A stretch of 64,000 nucleotides of DNA, taken from NCBI GenBank assembly GCA_973895155.1, contig OZ316898.1:4885079-4949078 (forward strand). Direction: 5' to 3'. The translations under genes and the position numbers were made by a program. A model generated the notes under the pieces. That model ran no database searches. It was not told where the DNA came from and saw only the letters and a list, made by a program, of their open reading frames with translations. Position 1 is the first letter of the stretch. Each line of letters opens with the position of its first letter. The stretch comes from Marsupella aquatica. Its lineage: Eukaryota > Plantae > Marchantiophyta. This document shows positions 39,859-51,350 of the stretch, in pieces.

Positions 39859-42236
39859 TTTTGTGACTAATGGATTTGCCAAAAACCCACCCTCCAGGCC
39901 CTCCCTCCGTCCACAACCACGACCTCCTTCGCACGGGGAGGAGGAGAGAACGACAGCCGAGGAGAAAAGGGAAAACTTGAAAAAAGTTCTCCCTCCCCGC
40001 ATTGCCGTGCGATTGTACCTGGACATCGCAATGTTACATCTGTCGCCTGGTAACTATTTCCTTCCCTCACCTTTAAGGCATTGGCATTGGCTTGTTCAAC
40101 AAATAACTAGACAGTGCAAAGACAAACTGGTGAGATTCACCGTTTACTTAGCGCTACTGTGCTTGAGCAGCTAAACTTAAGCTGGGCGTGCCTTGGGGCT
40201 GTACCCAGGAAAGCCCGAAAGTGGTTACATGTGCAGTAGCCATTGCTCATTCTTGTTGTTTGTGGGCTGTTATAATTGTGGGCATTGAATTGAACTAATG
40301 ATTATCGTAGTGCAGGCCAAGTCAATTCTATATATTGACTTCGGATAGAATCACTACTAAGTCAACTTCCAAGTGGCTATTTGCTGTCTAGGCAAAGAAA
40401 GCCGAAAAGTCTCAAAGGTTGTCCTATGGCAGCAGCACTCAACAGCGATGTACGTGCGCCTGTGTACCTTCAAGCTAGCAATCTCGGCCTAGGCCGGCAC
40501 TATTATTTTCCCAAAGATCTGGCCGAGTTACCGATGTCAACCACTAGTTGGCTGTCTACGATAGTGGACCCGTGGACTGTGCATCGTTTTTTCATTTAAA
40601 ATCGGACAGTCAGGCAGATCTGGTTTCTTTCCGGGCTCCCAAAGCAGCTCGTTATTGTAACGTATCAATCATGTAGAGACCGTAAAGGTAAAGCCCTCCG
40701 AAAGCGCATTTGAGGTGATCGACATTCACTGTTTGTGTCTAATGACGACAGAGCTGCCAATAAAGTGTATCAGTGACTCAGCGTGACGTTCTAGAGATCC
40801 TAGAACAACCAAGAGTCAATTTTCTACTTGCAACTTGACGAGAGTCCATTGTGGAGCCGGTCAAAATCCAGATATCATCTCGGATAGAGCTCGTAAATGA
40901 TGAGACGATGAATATATACGAAGACTACGTATATCGCTATAAACATCCAGATGGGACAGAAAGACTTGCATCCTCCGCTTCGACATTTCCTTGCCAACAT
41001 AGCCCACAATCGGTAGCTGTAATAGTACGTCGCAAAGATAGAACACCGTAATGCACTTTTTAACATCATTCACTTGAATTGAACCAATTCCAATCATTTA
41101 CATGGCGCCTTCAGTAACGCCACGTCGCTTCCAGATCCAATCCAATGGATTCCTATCGTATAGTACTTCCACACTTTGCATATATAACTGAACAATTGAG
41201 ATGAATGATGCAAGTGGAGAACCCTCATTCCTAATGAAAGATTTTCTTTCTAAGACGAAGTGTGCTACATCCACAAAATATTCAGACGACGCGGCCAATG
41301 AATACCATCGAGAACCATTTATTTCTTTATTCGATACTTCTGTACACTAGCAGATAGCAGGGGCATCATTCGTAGATAAATTTGGCACCGCATAAATAAT
41401 ACTGGGGCACCACTGTACTTCTGTGGTCGCCAACCCCATAAGCAAGGGGACTCGCCCGGAGACTCTGGACCCCTTATATTGGTATTTTTGGAACAACTGA
41501 TCGAGCATATCGTGAGATCTAATTCACAGCTCGATGGAAACTTATTTTTCATATCACCGACACATGAACCTTCTAATGACTATCTTCTACATATATTCCA
41601 CCATTGATAAGCCAGAGACCATGCTTTCGTCCACGTCAATTTAGGTTATAATTATCTGACTAAGTACTTGTCACAGCCTCTCTCGTACTAGCTCGAGTAC
41701 TGCCATAATTGCCCTTCAGACGAGCCTTCAGACAGGGAAGAAAGCCGCAATTTATAAGGGAGGGACCTCGATATATCCCAACATACACAAAAATCTTGTG
41801 GTTCGACCGCGCTTATGTACAATGATCATGACTGTATGGTTGTAGCCGCGACCTTTGCTTGTCTCACCCATGTCCTCCTCATTTCCTGTTACAGTGATCT
41901 CGGCTCATAATTGACAACACCCCCACATGTAATTTTACGTTCAGGCTGCATTTCAAAATGTGCATGAACGTGTCGCTGAACGTCTAGTTTACTGTCCCCG
42001 ACTGTATGTATGGCAACACAATATCTACATCCTTAAATGTCCTCCCTTTCTCGTAATCTCATTCGAAGTCCCCAAGCTAGAGGAGCTAGCCGACCGGTAG
42101 TCTGTGGATAGTGGCGATCTGGAAAACAAATTAAGATCATCACCAACTGAGGCATGAACGCATGAAATATCAATCGAGAGATCAAGAATGCTCGATCAGG
42201 ACTCTAGTCCAAGAAGAGACACCGATTCAACTCACC

Positions 42237-43562
42237 TTAGAATAGAATTGTAGAGTTAGTCCAAAGGTTTTCGGCAAGGAGCGCTAGCGGACGATCAGTA
42301 TCCTTCCTCACGCGAGTGACTTTCGAATCAGAAAGTGACTTGTGCTGAAAGCCAAAAATTTGAAGCACTTGGTTGTCGGCAAAATTGAACGCTCGATCCA
42401 TCTGAGTGTTGCAAATATCTCGGTCGTAATCTCCATAAGAATCGCTGCAAGTTTTGCACCCAACAAAATGCGTGACGAACGGCCACCTATGATCGCCGAA
42501 GCCAGGGCGGAAGTCCTGCATGTACTGCTCGTACTTATCGGAGAGGAGGACCCAAAAGCCGTGAAGGTAAAATGAGTGCTCCAGGAAGATTTTAGGACTC
42601 AGAACCTCCTTCAGAGTATTCAGTAGATACACGAGTCCAGATTGATCGTCAGCGTCGTAGTTTGGTGGCCTGCCTGTCAATTTTTCGGAGAAGACTCGAC
42701 CGAAGGCGTCTCTATTACCAGCCCTCTTGTCGCCCATGGGAGCCCACATGTCTAGGAAGTCGAGCGTCCATTGATTGTTTCTAACCAAAAACACTCCAGC
42801 ATTCAGCCCACACCAATCTTTCTCATCGAATACCTTCCAAGAGAAGCCATGGATGACCATATTGTGATTGACATACTTCTCCATAGGCAATTCAAACTCC
42901 ATATCAGTGAACAAAGCATCGCTGTCCATCCACCAAATCCACTCTGCTTCTGGATGGGCGAGCATCATCTTGCGGATGATCGGAAGCTTGATCCAGACAT
43001 CGTCCATTTCGTCGTGCATGATAGCCATGTTGTAGTAGACGTCCATGTCGTGGATCCGGGCGTAATCAATTTTATTCTTCAGGGCCTTCAGAAGGTAATG
43101 GTCGCCAAGGGTGCTCCTGCATGACTGCGGCTGCGAGCCTGTCACGAGCATGATCCGCGGCTTCCCGTCCCGCGTTACATTCCTCCCAGAATTTTTCGTG
43201 TTCCATTCTAATCTTTGCTGGTCCCAGTCATTTATTCGAGGGCCCAACCGGTAAGGAGAGGTCGAGATACCTGGACCCAGCTGCAGCTGCTGCTTCTGAA
43301 AATACTCAAACTCCGACGTTTGGACATAAATGGAGCCCCTTAGGATGAGAACGGTCACGAGGCCACACATTAACGTCAGTCTCACATTCCTTTGATGACG
43401 GCTTCCCCACCCTCCATTGAAGTTCTTAGATGACAGTGAAGAGCCCTTCAATTTCCTCATACTAGCGTTCCTTGGCAAATTAAATCTTTCCGAGCTCAGT
43501 GCCCTTTGGAGAGTTCTGTCCGTGCTAGCAGACCTCGATGGAGGTTTTTCAAGGGTCCCCAT
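42237..43562 (-). CDS. XXT: Glycosyltransferase family 34, xyloglucan 6-xylosyltransferase (XXT)-like, 441 aa, no intron in the CDS
   Basis: Type II TM segment RLTLMCGLVTVLILRG; YRLGPRINDWDQQR; LVTGSQP; GDHYLLK..KNKIDY; WWMDSDALFTDM; ADDQS; YLHGFW; PGFGDHRWPFVTHFVGCK; MDRAFNFADNQ. Confidence 0.92.
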   Translation of the reverse strand: MGTLEKPPSRSASTDRTLQRALSSERFNLPRNASMRKLKGSSLSSKNFNGGWGSRHQRNVRLTLMCGLVTVLILRGSIYVQTSEFEYFQKQQLQLGPGISTSPYRLGPRINDWDQQRLEWNTKNSGRNVTRDGKPRIMLVTGSQPQSCRSTLGDHYLLKALKNKIDYARIHDMDVYYNMAIMHDEMDDVWIKLPIIRKMMLAHPEAEWIWWMDSDALFTDMEFELPMEKYVNHNMVIHGFSWKVFDEKDWCGLNAGVFLVRNNQWTLDFLDMWAPMGDKRAGNRDAFGRVFSEKLTGRPPNYDADDQSGLVYLLNTLKEVLSPKIFLEHSFYLHGFWVLLSDKYEQYMQDFRPGFGDHRWPFVTHFVGCKTCSDSYGDYDRDICNTQMDRAFNFADNQVLQIFGFQHKSLSDSKVTRVRKDTDRPLALLAENLWTNSTILF

Positions 43563-44538
43563 ATATGCTTGCGGGTCTCAACTCTCCCACGACCTGGCCT
43601 CCTCACTTTCGAGAATCTCTGCCAAAGACGAGAACACGGCTTAGTATTATCACTTAGTTTGCCAACATCGAGCGGAGGCTTTCCTTTTGATTAAGTCTAT
43701 CCTAGCTAGGACGATCTAACTATATCTAAGCTAGCACCCACTGCACACGTCATTTCGGTATCCAGAGCCAGTGCAGGGCTTCCAGGTAGCTGTCAGTGGA
43801 CCTCTCAGCTGTTCAAGTTCTCTACTCTATAACCAAAGTCGAAGAATGTGGTCAATTCAGCGAGCTCTATGTACGTACAATTGTCCATCCATAATTTATA
43901 CGGAAAGGTATTTCTGCATTACCTCTGGGAACAATTGGAACTGAGCTGCAACCAACGATACTGCGCCTGTGTCAACAAATTTCCTTCAGCTCTTGAAAAG
44001 ACTTGGTTCGTAGCATTACCTTGGCAACAATGTGGACTGACTGAGCTGCAACGATATTCAGCGTGAGTCAATCACGTTCTTTCTTCCCAGTTCCCTCAGT
44101 GACAGCACAAACCTTCCTCTATGCATGTGTTCCTGTAAGAACACCACTGACGAGCTCTGTGGCTTGGAGAGAATGAAAACTTCCACATGAGTATGAAAAC
44201 TTCGACTCGGTCATGAGTCTCTCCAACTTTAGACCATTTTGTTCCAAGTCGACCCGACCTTCAATAGTAGGAGCATCCACATCCAGCACCACCCGAGTTC
44301 CGAGCAAACGCCACATATATGCAAGTGAACCTCAGCGACTTATAGGTGGTACCATGCCAGACGTGGCCCCTCACGGCCACATACTAAAGAAAAGCAACTA
44401 AGTGATCAATTCTTCTCTTAAAATAACAACGAACTAGTAAAGTTTTCATTCGAGAGAAAGAAAATAGTAGCAACATCTGCAAAATTTCCACCGACCAGTC
44501 AGACTTCATGAAATCATCCCTGGAGAATAATCCTCTCA

Positions 44539-44802
44539 TGGCCACTGGTCATCAGATCGAACGAAAGCCGTCTCAAAGCGAAGAAATCACTCCAGAATCC
44601 TGGGACCCGAATAAAGGGTCACAAACCCAAGTCCTCACTGAGTTGTGACGAGTGCTGACTTCTATAGAGGCCACTGGCCATGAGAACAAAAGTCATCTCA
44701 AAGCGAAGAAAATCACTCGAGAATCCTGGGACCCAAAATAAAGGGTCGCAAACCCAAGTCCTCACTGAGTTGTGAGTGGTGACGAGTGATGACTTCCATG
44801 GA
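44539..44802. repeat. Two-copy tandem duplication, about 130 bp
   Basis: GGCCACTGG..TCTCAAAGCGAAGAAATCACTC..GAATCCTGGGACCC..CAAACCCAAGTCCTCACTGAGTTGTGA occurs twice. Confidence 0.88.
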
Positions 44803-45486
44803 GTATGCATTTGTAATTGTGCAAATTCATCATTCAGCGCATGGAGTGAAAAGCCTACATTTGCTGGGATGAATGCAGGCTCTGGATCGTTGCCAGTAGG
44901 ATGTAAAGCACTGCAATGTGCTTCCTTCCGAATGCCACGCTCCACCAGTCCTGTTTACTCATCATTGCTTTCATCATTGCTTTTCCAATTGGGCTTTCTC
45001 GATCTATAGTTATTATTGCTTTAATTTCCTTGAAACAGTTATTATTGCTTTTACGCATGTGTTTGAAATGCACAAATTAAGTATATTGTTGCTTTTACAC
45101 ATTGTTTGAAACGCACCCGTTGAGGTCACTACCAATGTAGTTGTAGTCGACCCAAACCCTGGGTGGGCCAACTGCCACATCATCATGGCAATCATCAGAC
45201 TATAGTGTAATCCCTCCCCCAGTGAGGTAGCCAACCAGGAGGGGGCAGAGCTGGTTGGTCCAAGAGCAAAATAGGAGACCCAGTCCAATGTGAAGGGTTG
45301 GAATGGTGGCTACAAATAGGGTCATAGATGACATCGACTACCATCCAATGGTGAAACCTAGCTCAATGTTGATTGTCGGATTGGCCTCTGTATTATATTC
45401 TCGTTGAAGTGATGCGTCTGTAGAGAAGTCTATTGGTTCACATCGGCTAGTTCCCGAGACTCACTCTCACTGGTCTGGCTTGGCTG

Positions 45487-47018
45487 CCCGACAGCATTCG
45501 CGTTATGGTTGACAAGGTTACAGCGCGAGAAACGACGAGGAAGGCTGGTGTGCCCACCGTTCCTGGCAGCGCAGGGCTCATAGAGGTATTTGCAATGTTT
45601 CTCATCATGCCTGGAATTATCTGGTGAAATTCGACACCATAAAGTGCCTACCAGTAACTTGAATTTTTCAATAGCGATGATGGGATGATGTGCAGTATCT
45701 AAACAAATTTAGAAATTCGTCAGCATTCACAAGATATTTTTAAAAAGTCGTGAAGCAGGGATGATCACAACTGAAAATGTCAGTTCATGTAGGGAGCCGG
45801 GGAGATAAATATACAAACGGACTAATTAAGTGATGTCAATTTGTTACGTTATGGACTCTCCAGCAAGAGTTGAATCATGCGACACGAAAATATGGTATGG
45901 TAGTTTGTGATGTTTGGGAAGTTGATTTTTGGTTTCAAGCCACTGCTGGAGGAGGAGGACGAGGTATGCGACTTGCAAAAGAACCTGGGGAGTTTGTGAA
46001 ACTACTACAGGTGAGCTACGCTCTTTTCAAATTGTAGGCTTTCAGGTGCAGCTCTTCAGCTTAGATAAGCAGAGTCCGAGAGAAATCTGGTGATGGTTTT
46101 ACAAAGATACTTGCGTCAAATTATCACCAGATTAGTCTGATCACTATGTTATTACATATTTAATGTTAATTTTATACATTCCAGTAAATATGAGATTTGA
46201 TTGATGGCATATTTTATTAAGCTCTGTTGATATCTTTGTTTGTATCTCTGAAAGATGTAGGCAAGGTAATGATGGAGTGCTTCGTGAATTTGAATCTTGG
46301 TTCTTGCTTCGCGTTTCTCAATTGTTCCAATTTATAAAACTCAATCTGTGATCTTGTTGTAAATTTTCCAGCAAGCTCGAAGTGAAGCTGGAGCTGCTTT
46401 TGGCAATGATGGTTTGTACTGGGAGAGATGTATCATGAATCCAAGGCACATTGAGTTTCAGGTGTGCTCAACTTCGATCAACTCGCGTTGGCAAAATGTC
46501 GATGAGATCGAATTCTAGCTTTGTTCCGTTCTCCTGTATTTTATATGTCCCGCCATCAGGGTTTGTGTACCTTTCGAGTAACACCGTTGGCCAACCTTGC
46601 AGGTCCTTGCAGACAACATGGCAATGTGGTCCATCTTGGGGAACGTGACTGCAGCATTCAGTTAGCTTTTGAATGGATGCTAAGAAGTGATGTATGAGAG
46701 GCTATTGATGTGATTGTTGCACAGGCAAATTGTAGCAACAAGGTGAATTGTGAGGGTCCAGGTGTAGGGTAAGCGCACAAACCAAAGGACAGCATTGAGC
46801 ACATCTGAAGTACGTTAGCGTCTTCCAGTGTATGACAGTCGGGACTGAACCTGTTAACCGTTTGTGATGATATCCAGAGGAGTAGCCAGAAACCTCTTGA
46901 AGAAGCTCTATCAGCTGATCTCCGTAAGGCCATGGGAGATGCTGCTGTGGCAGCGGCTGCATCAATTGGTTACGTCGGTGTTGGAACTAGAGAGTTTCTG
47001 CCGGACGAGGATGGCAAA
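45487..47018 (+). pseudogene. CAC2: Intron-containing internal fragment of plastid heteromeric ACCase biotin carboxylase (accC/CAC2) pseudogene
   Basis: Exon relics: 45487-45585 PDSIRVMVDKVTARETTRKAGVPTVPGSAGLIE; 45939-46010 ATAGGGGRGMRLAKEPGEFVKLLQ; 46372-46461 [30 protein letters not shown]; 46603-46661 VLAD-HGNVVHLGERDCSIQ (59 nt, frameshift); 46878-47018 RSSQKPLEEA..LRKAMGDAAVAAAASIGYVGVGTREFL. Splice sites are broken (CTG at 45484, CAA at 45936, TT donor at 46662); no N- or C-terminal exons found. Confidence 0.9.
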
Positions 47019-48693
47019 TCAATAGAGCTATGCCCCGAGATTCACCAAGAAGGACCTGACCCCTTTCAATTAGGTTAGTTTGCTTACAATTCACCATAGA
47101 ATGTCCAACCGGTGAATTTCTGTGGTAAATTGGAAGCAAAGGTTGGAGAAGGATGTGTGACACTGTTCGTAATGCATCAGATGGCTATTTTCGTGGCACA
47201 CAACCACCTCACTCCAATATTCTGAAAAACCGACTGGAGCCTGTTCACAAACCTCCCAAACCAGTTCATGGCGTGCAGAAATGCCTCACTACATCAGTAA
47301 TTGTGATTTAGTGTTGCTTTCATGCGAACATTTCAAAGGAGTTCCCTTGGAAATACAAATCTTCTTGACAACTGATCCAATTAGGAATTATTTCTACCCT
47401 CAAGATGAAATCACATTTTCCATGGAGCCCTGTGTCTGAGCCTGTGCCTGGAACACCCTGCAAAAAGGAAACCCTTCCTGGAATAATCCGCTTAAGCAGA
47501 ATACCCAAAGAAAGGTGCAGATGGTAGGAGTGCGCCAGCCCTGGCGAGAGAGTAAGCGCACTTTTTTGCCCCCTTCGTCACCATCTACGTTTGTGGATCC
47601 ACAACTGCCATGCTAAGGCCAAGATATGTGCTTTTAAGACTACTTTCAGCGCGGTCGGCTGTGATCAGCCCGGAATGACCACTGCATGAGACCAGTCAAG
47701 GTGCTCCAAAGAAAATTTCTGACAGAGGGTCGAAAGTTATCGCTTGGATAAGATTGTACCTCTTAGGGGACTTCTCCAGCCCTTTTTCTTGCAAAGACGT
47801 ACGTAGCCTGGATCTTGCACATGTTGGTCTCAGAAGTGTACAAATGCTTTATTGGCATTATACTTGTACTGTTTGGAAGTTATAAAAAGTGAATTTTCAA
47901 AGTTGCAAAAAAAGTTCAAGGACCAATTTCAGGGTTTGTAGACTTTCTGGAGGAACATTGCTGATAACGTTACCGTACTCTTCTAAAACAGGGCCAACGA
48001 AGGTAAAACACCTGAGATGCTGAAAAGGGCCGAATAATACATGTAACAAAAGGAGAGCAGCATCCTAAGAGGACCAGACTGAACATGTAGAAGAGGACAA
48101 CAGAATCCAGACGGCCAAATCGTCGAGAGTACAAAATTCAACATATTCGGAGGGAGCACGTAATCCAAAGAGGACCAAATTCTCTAGAGAGGACCAAAGT
48201 AAACATCGATCGTTTAAATGTCTTCGAAGTTAATCAGAAGTTTTGCTCCGGAATCACACACCTTCATTGATACATACTACGCCCCAAAGGCAAGCTGACT
48301 CCAACTTTGTTAGAGTGACTGAAGCTGTAAGAACTCCCAGTTCAGTGACATTCGTTGTGTCACCTGACGCTCTTTTAAATAATGTTTCAAGGCTGTACAA
48401 ATGCGTTTACTATATTCAAATGTCGGTCGCTCTTCGACCAGACCTGAGTAACTCTACTGATTGACTGCTGGAAAACTCAGCCCAAACAATCTAAAAATTC
48501 TACCTCCACCTATACCCATTGATACTTTCATTTCAAAAGACCCCCATGAATGTATAGTACACCTCAAATATTATCTACAGAAGAAATACAACGTAAAATT
48601 GATCAGGGTCTACCTCCACGAATTATAAGTACTAGGAAGAAGGCACATGGACTCTAGTTTCCCAACTTCTCGCAGAAACAGGTGAGCGAGCTA

Positions 48694-51350
48694 TCAACTA
48701 GAACCACCACACAGTATATTATATAGCATTAGAGTGATTCCAAACTGAGGGCTCGTTTTCAGGACTCGTGCAAAACTGCCCTTAAATAAGGCTCCCACCC
48801 CTTCCTTCTGCAGAACCATCACCAAGCACGCATAACCATTCTCATAAGGTACCTCTCCAGCAGCCCTCTCCATCTGTATACAGCCCACATAGAACGGCTG
48901 TCAGCAACAAGAAATGGCCTCAAGGAACACGTCTTCTGTGGCTACATAAGTCTTTCAACAAGCTACCGCAAACCAGTGAAATCAGTCACCACTCATCAAG
49001 AACATGCCTGGACCTAAACGCCTGCAAGTGCTTGTAAATGAGTGGCTCAAGCTTTCAGCCGATGCTCCTTACATATCAAAATAGCTGTGGAGATTTGGGA
49101 AAGAAGGGAAACGTTTATCAAAGTATGTTTGATCTCACTAATTCTGCGACTCAATAAGCTGAAACTTTTTCTCGAATAAGCGACCACTAGTGATGTGCAC
49201 TGAAGCGTTTACCTGCAGTCTTGTTTTGACGACATCAAACGGTGTCACTAGAACTGTGGCCGGAATCGCTGCCATGAACCCTGCTGCGAAGCTCTGGTCT
49301 GGGTATACTTGTCTTATGACGGTGTAGATGGCAAAGAATATGGCTGAGCTTGGTATATCTCGAGCCATAGTCATACCGGATCCATTGTACAGGCCCCGCA
49401 CTCCAAGCTCTTTGATGACATCCCAGGAGTTCTTCTGCTTCACGCCCTTCGATTGCGTTTGTAACCGGACCTTTACAATTTCCATTGGGTTTGTGAAGAC
49501 GACTTGGGAGAAGCCACCCCCTCCTCCAGCAATCAGTTCTAAAGCCCATGCTCCTACACCAGGCATCTGGCACTCTAGCATCTCCATAAGGATCTCATTG
49601 ACGGTGAGTTTCATCGCCTGCAGAGAGGGTTGCACAGAGGTAAATACACGAAGTAAGCACACGAAAGGGGAAATTTTCATACGCTTCTACAAAAACTCCC
49701 GGCTCGGAGTATCTTGGTCCAAAAAACTGCCATGAATATGAATAGATTATTCTTCCAACAAATTCTTCAAGTGACCAAACTACTTTCCATAGCACTCACC
49801 TTTTCAGGCGCTATACCAATGAGCTGAGGGACCAGGCCACTGTAGAGAGAACCTATTCCTTCCTTCGCAACAAGCTGTCGGAAACAGTCCCATTCACCTT
49901 TGTAATGTGCTTCCTCTCCTTCTTCCTGTAACATCCATGAGTGACAAGGAAAGGAACATTCGTCATGGTCAAAAATATCAAGAAGAAAATGTGGGTATCC
50001 TGATAGAGTAAACCTACGTCAAGTGTCGCTCTACACACCAGGATGAATGAGACTAGGAGAAAGGAGAGAACTGGGGTCCAAAGGGAAAACTCCCAACTCG
50101 TTCCAATGAAGCGTGTTATCCTTCATGAAGTTAGTACCTTTCTGCCTCTACTACGATCATATTTTTCAGGCTTCCAGTAGCTCTGCGATGATTTCAAATT
50201 CATAGTGTGAGTTACTTACATCACTCTGCGCTTGCATACGCGTCTTGATAGTATCGAGAGGATAGACCAGAGTAGCTCCCATTGCCCCGGCTACACCACC
50301 TCCACCGAAGTGCGTCAATATTCTGGCCAGTAGACTAACCCCCGGAACAGCAGCAGTTCCACTGGCTTGCACGGCAGCCATGGTAGCTGCCGATCCCACG
50401 GTGCGGCTTGCAGCAGAGACGACCGGTCCCAATGGTATAGCAGCCACAGCCACTAACTCTGTTGCGCCTTCCAAGGTTGGAGTCCCCAGCTGCGGTGTAG
50501 TCTTAGTGGTAGAATTCTCCTTTGGTTCAACTGCTACGGGAGGACCTTTAGAGCTTGCCTTGTGGTCCTGTGGAGCTTCTACATTGGCGACCTGCTCTTT
50601 CTTCGACACAGTTACAGAGGGTTTGAATAATGGGACAACCTCGCTCTCCAGTATCTCCAATTTGGACACGGCTTTCCCGCTCTCGTCCAGCCTAGATCTC
50701 GTCCTCACTTCCAAGTTCTTTCTAAGACCATCATCAATCGTCCACTCACTCAAAGGCTGGCCTATCTCGTCCAGCCAATCCTTCTGTACCTTGATTTGTG
50801 CCTGCAGCTCACGCCTGAGTTGGGTCTCCACATGAGTCCTCAAATTTTCAGAAACTGGCGTCGTGGGCATCTGCACAGGCCCGTCGGTGGTGATGGGGCT
50901 TGCAACTGCAGATGAGCAGAGAGTCCAAGATAGACAGGCAGCAGCAGCTGCAGCCGCTGCTGGCATAAACCTCAATTTACAAATCTGTAATTTCTCGTGG
51001 TTCCGAGCCTCAACACCCACACTCTCCTTGGAAGCGAAGGTTCTTTGGGCCCTCATGACAAAGTCTCTCTTCTCCCTCAGCTGTGATTGATATGAAGCAA
51101 ATATACTTTGTGCCCTCCTGACAAAGTCTCTCCTCTCCGCCTGCCCTACTTTATAATCCTCTGTCTTTACAAGATGATCAGAACGTAAGGATGCCTCCAT
51201 ACTTCTCCTCAAAAACGGACCTAGCTCAGCAGTGGTTGGACGAAAACGGGGTGCCCTCAAGTTTACATTTCGACCCAAAAATTCGCTTTTGGCCCCACAG
51301 GCGCAGCGATCATTGAATGCCATCCTGTCAACTGCGATGCAGAGTTCCAT
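48694..51350 (-). CDS. Mitochondrial carrier family protein, aspartate/glutamate carrier (AGC1/citrin/aralar)-like, with a long non-EF-hand N-terminal extension; 4 exons, about 613 aa
   Basis: Exons (minus) 51350-50220, 49925-49800, 49617-49213, 48873-48694, all phase 0, GT-AG; ATG context CCACCATGG. Three carrier signatures PLDTIKTRMQ, PMEIVKVRLQ, PFDVVKTRLQ. AGC-type GLVPQLIGIAPEKAMKLTVN, RDIPSSAIFF and ARVLKTSPQFGITL. Confidence 0.88.

Noticed and set aside
45110-45160. VTTNVVVVDP peptide resembling a third RLE remnant
   Set aside because: Only one short motif; the flanking RLE motifs were not found.
26191-51350. Possible lipid/plastid gene cluster (FAX, biotin carboxylase, carrier, coiled-coil gene)
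   Set aside because: Biotin carboxylase is a dead fragment, the FAX5/6 type lacks a transit peptide, and unrelated genes intervene; no evidence of functional clustering.
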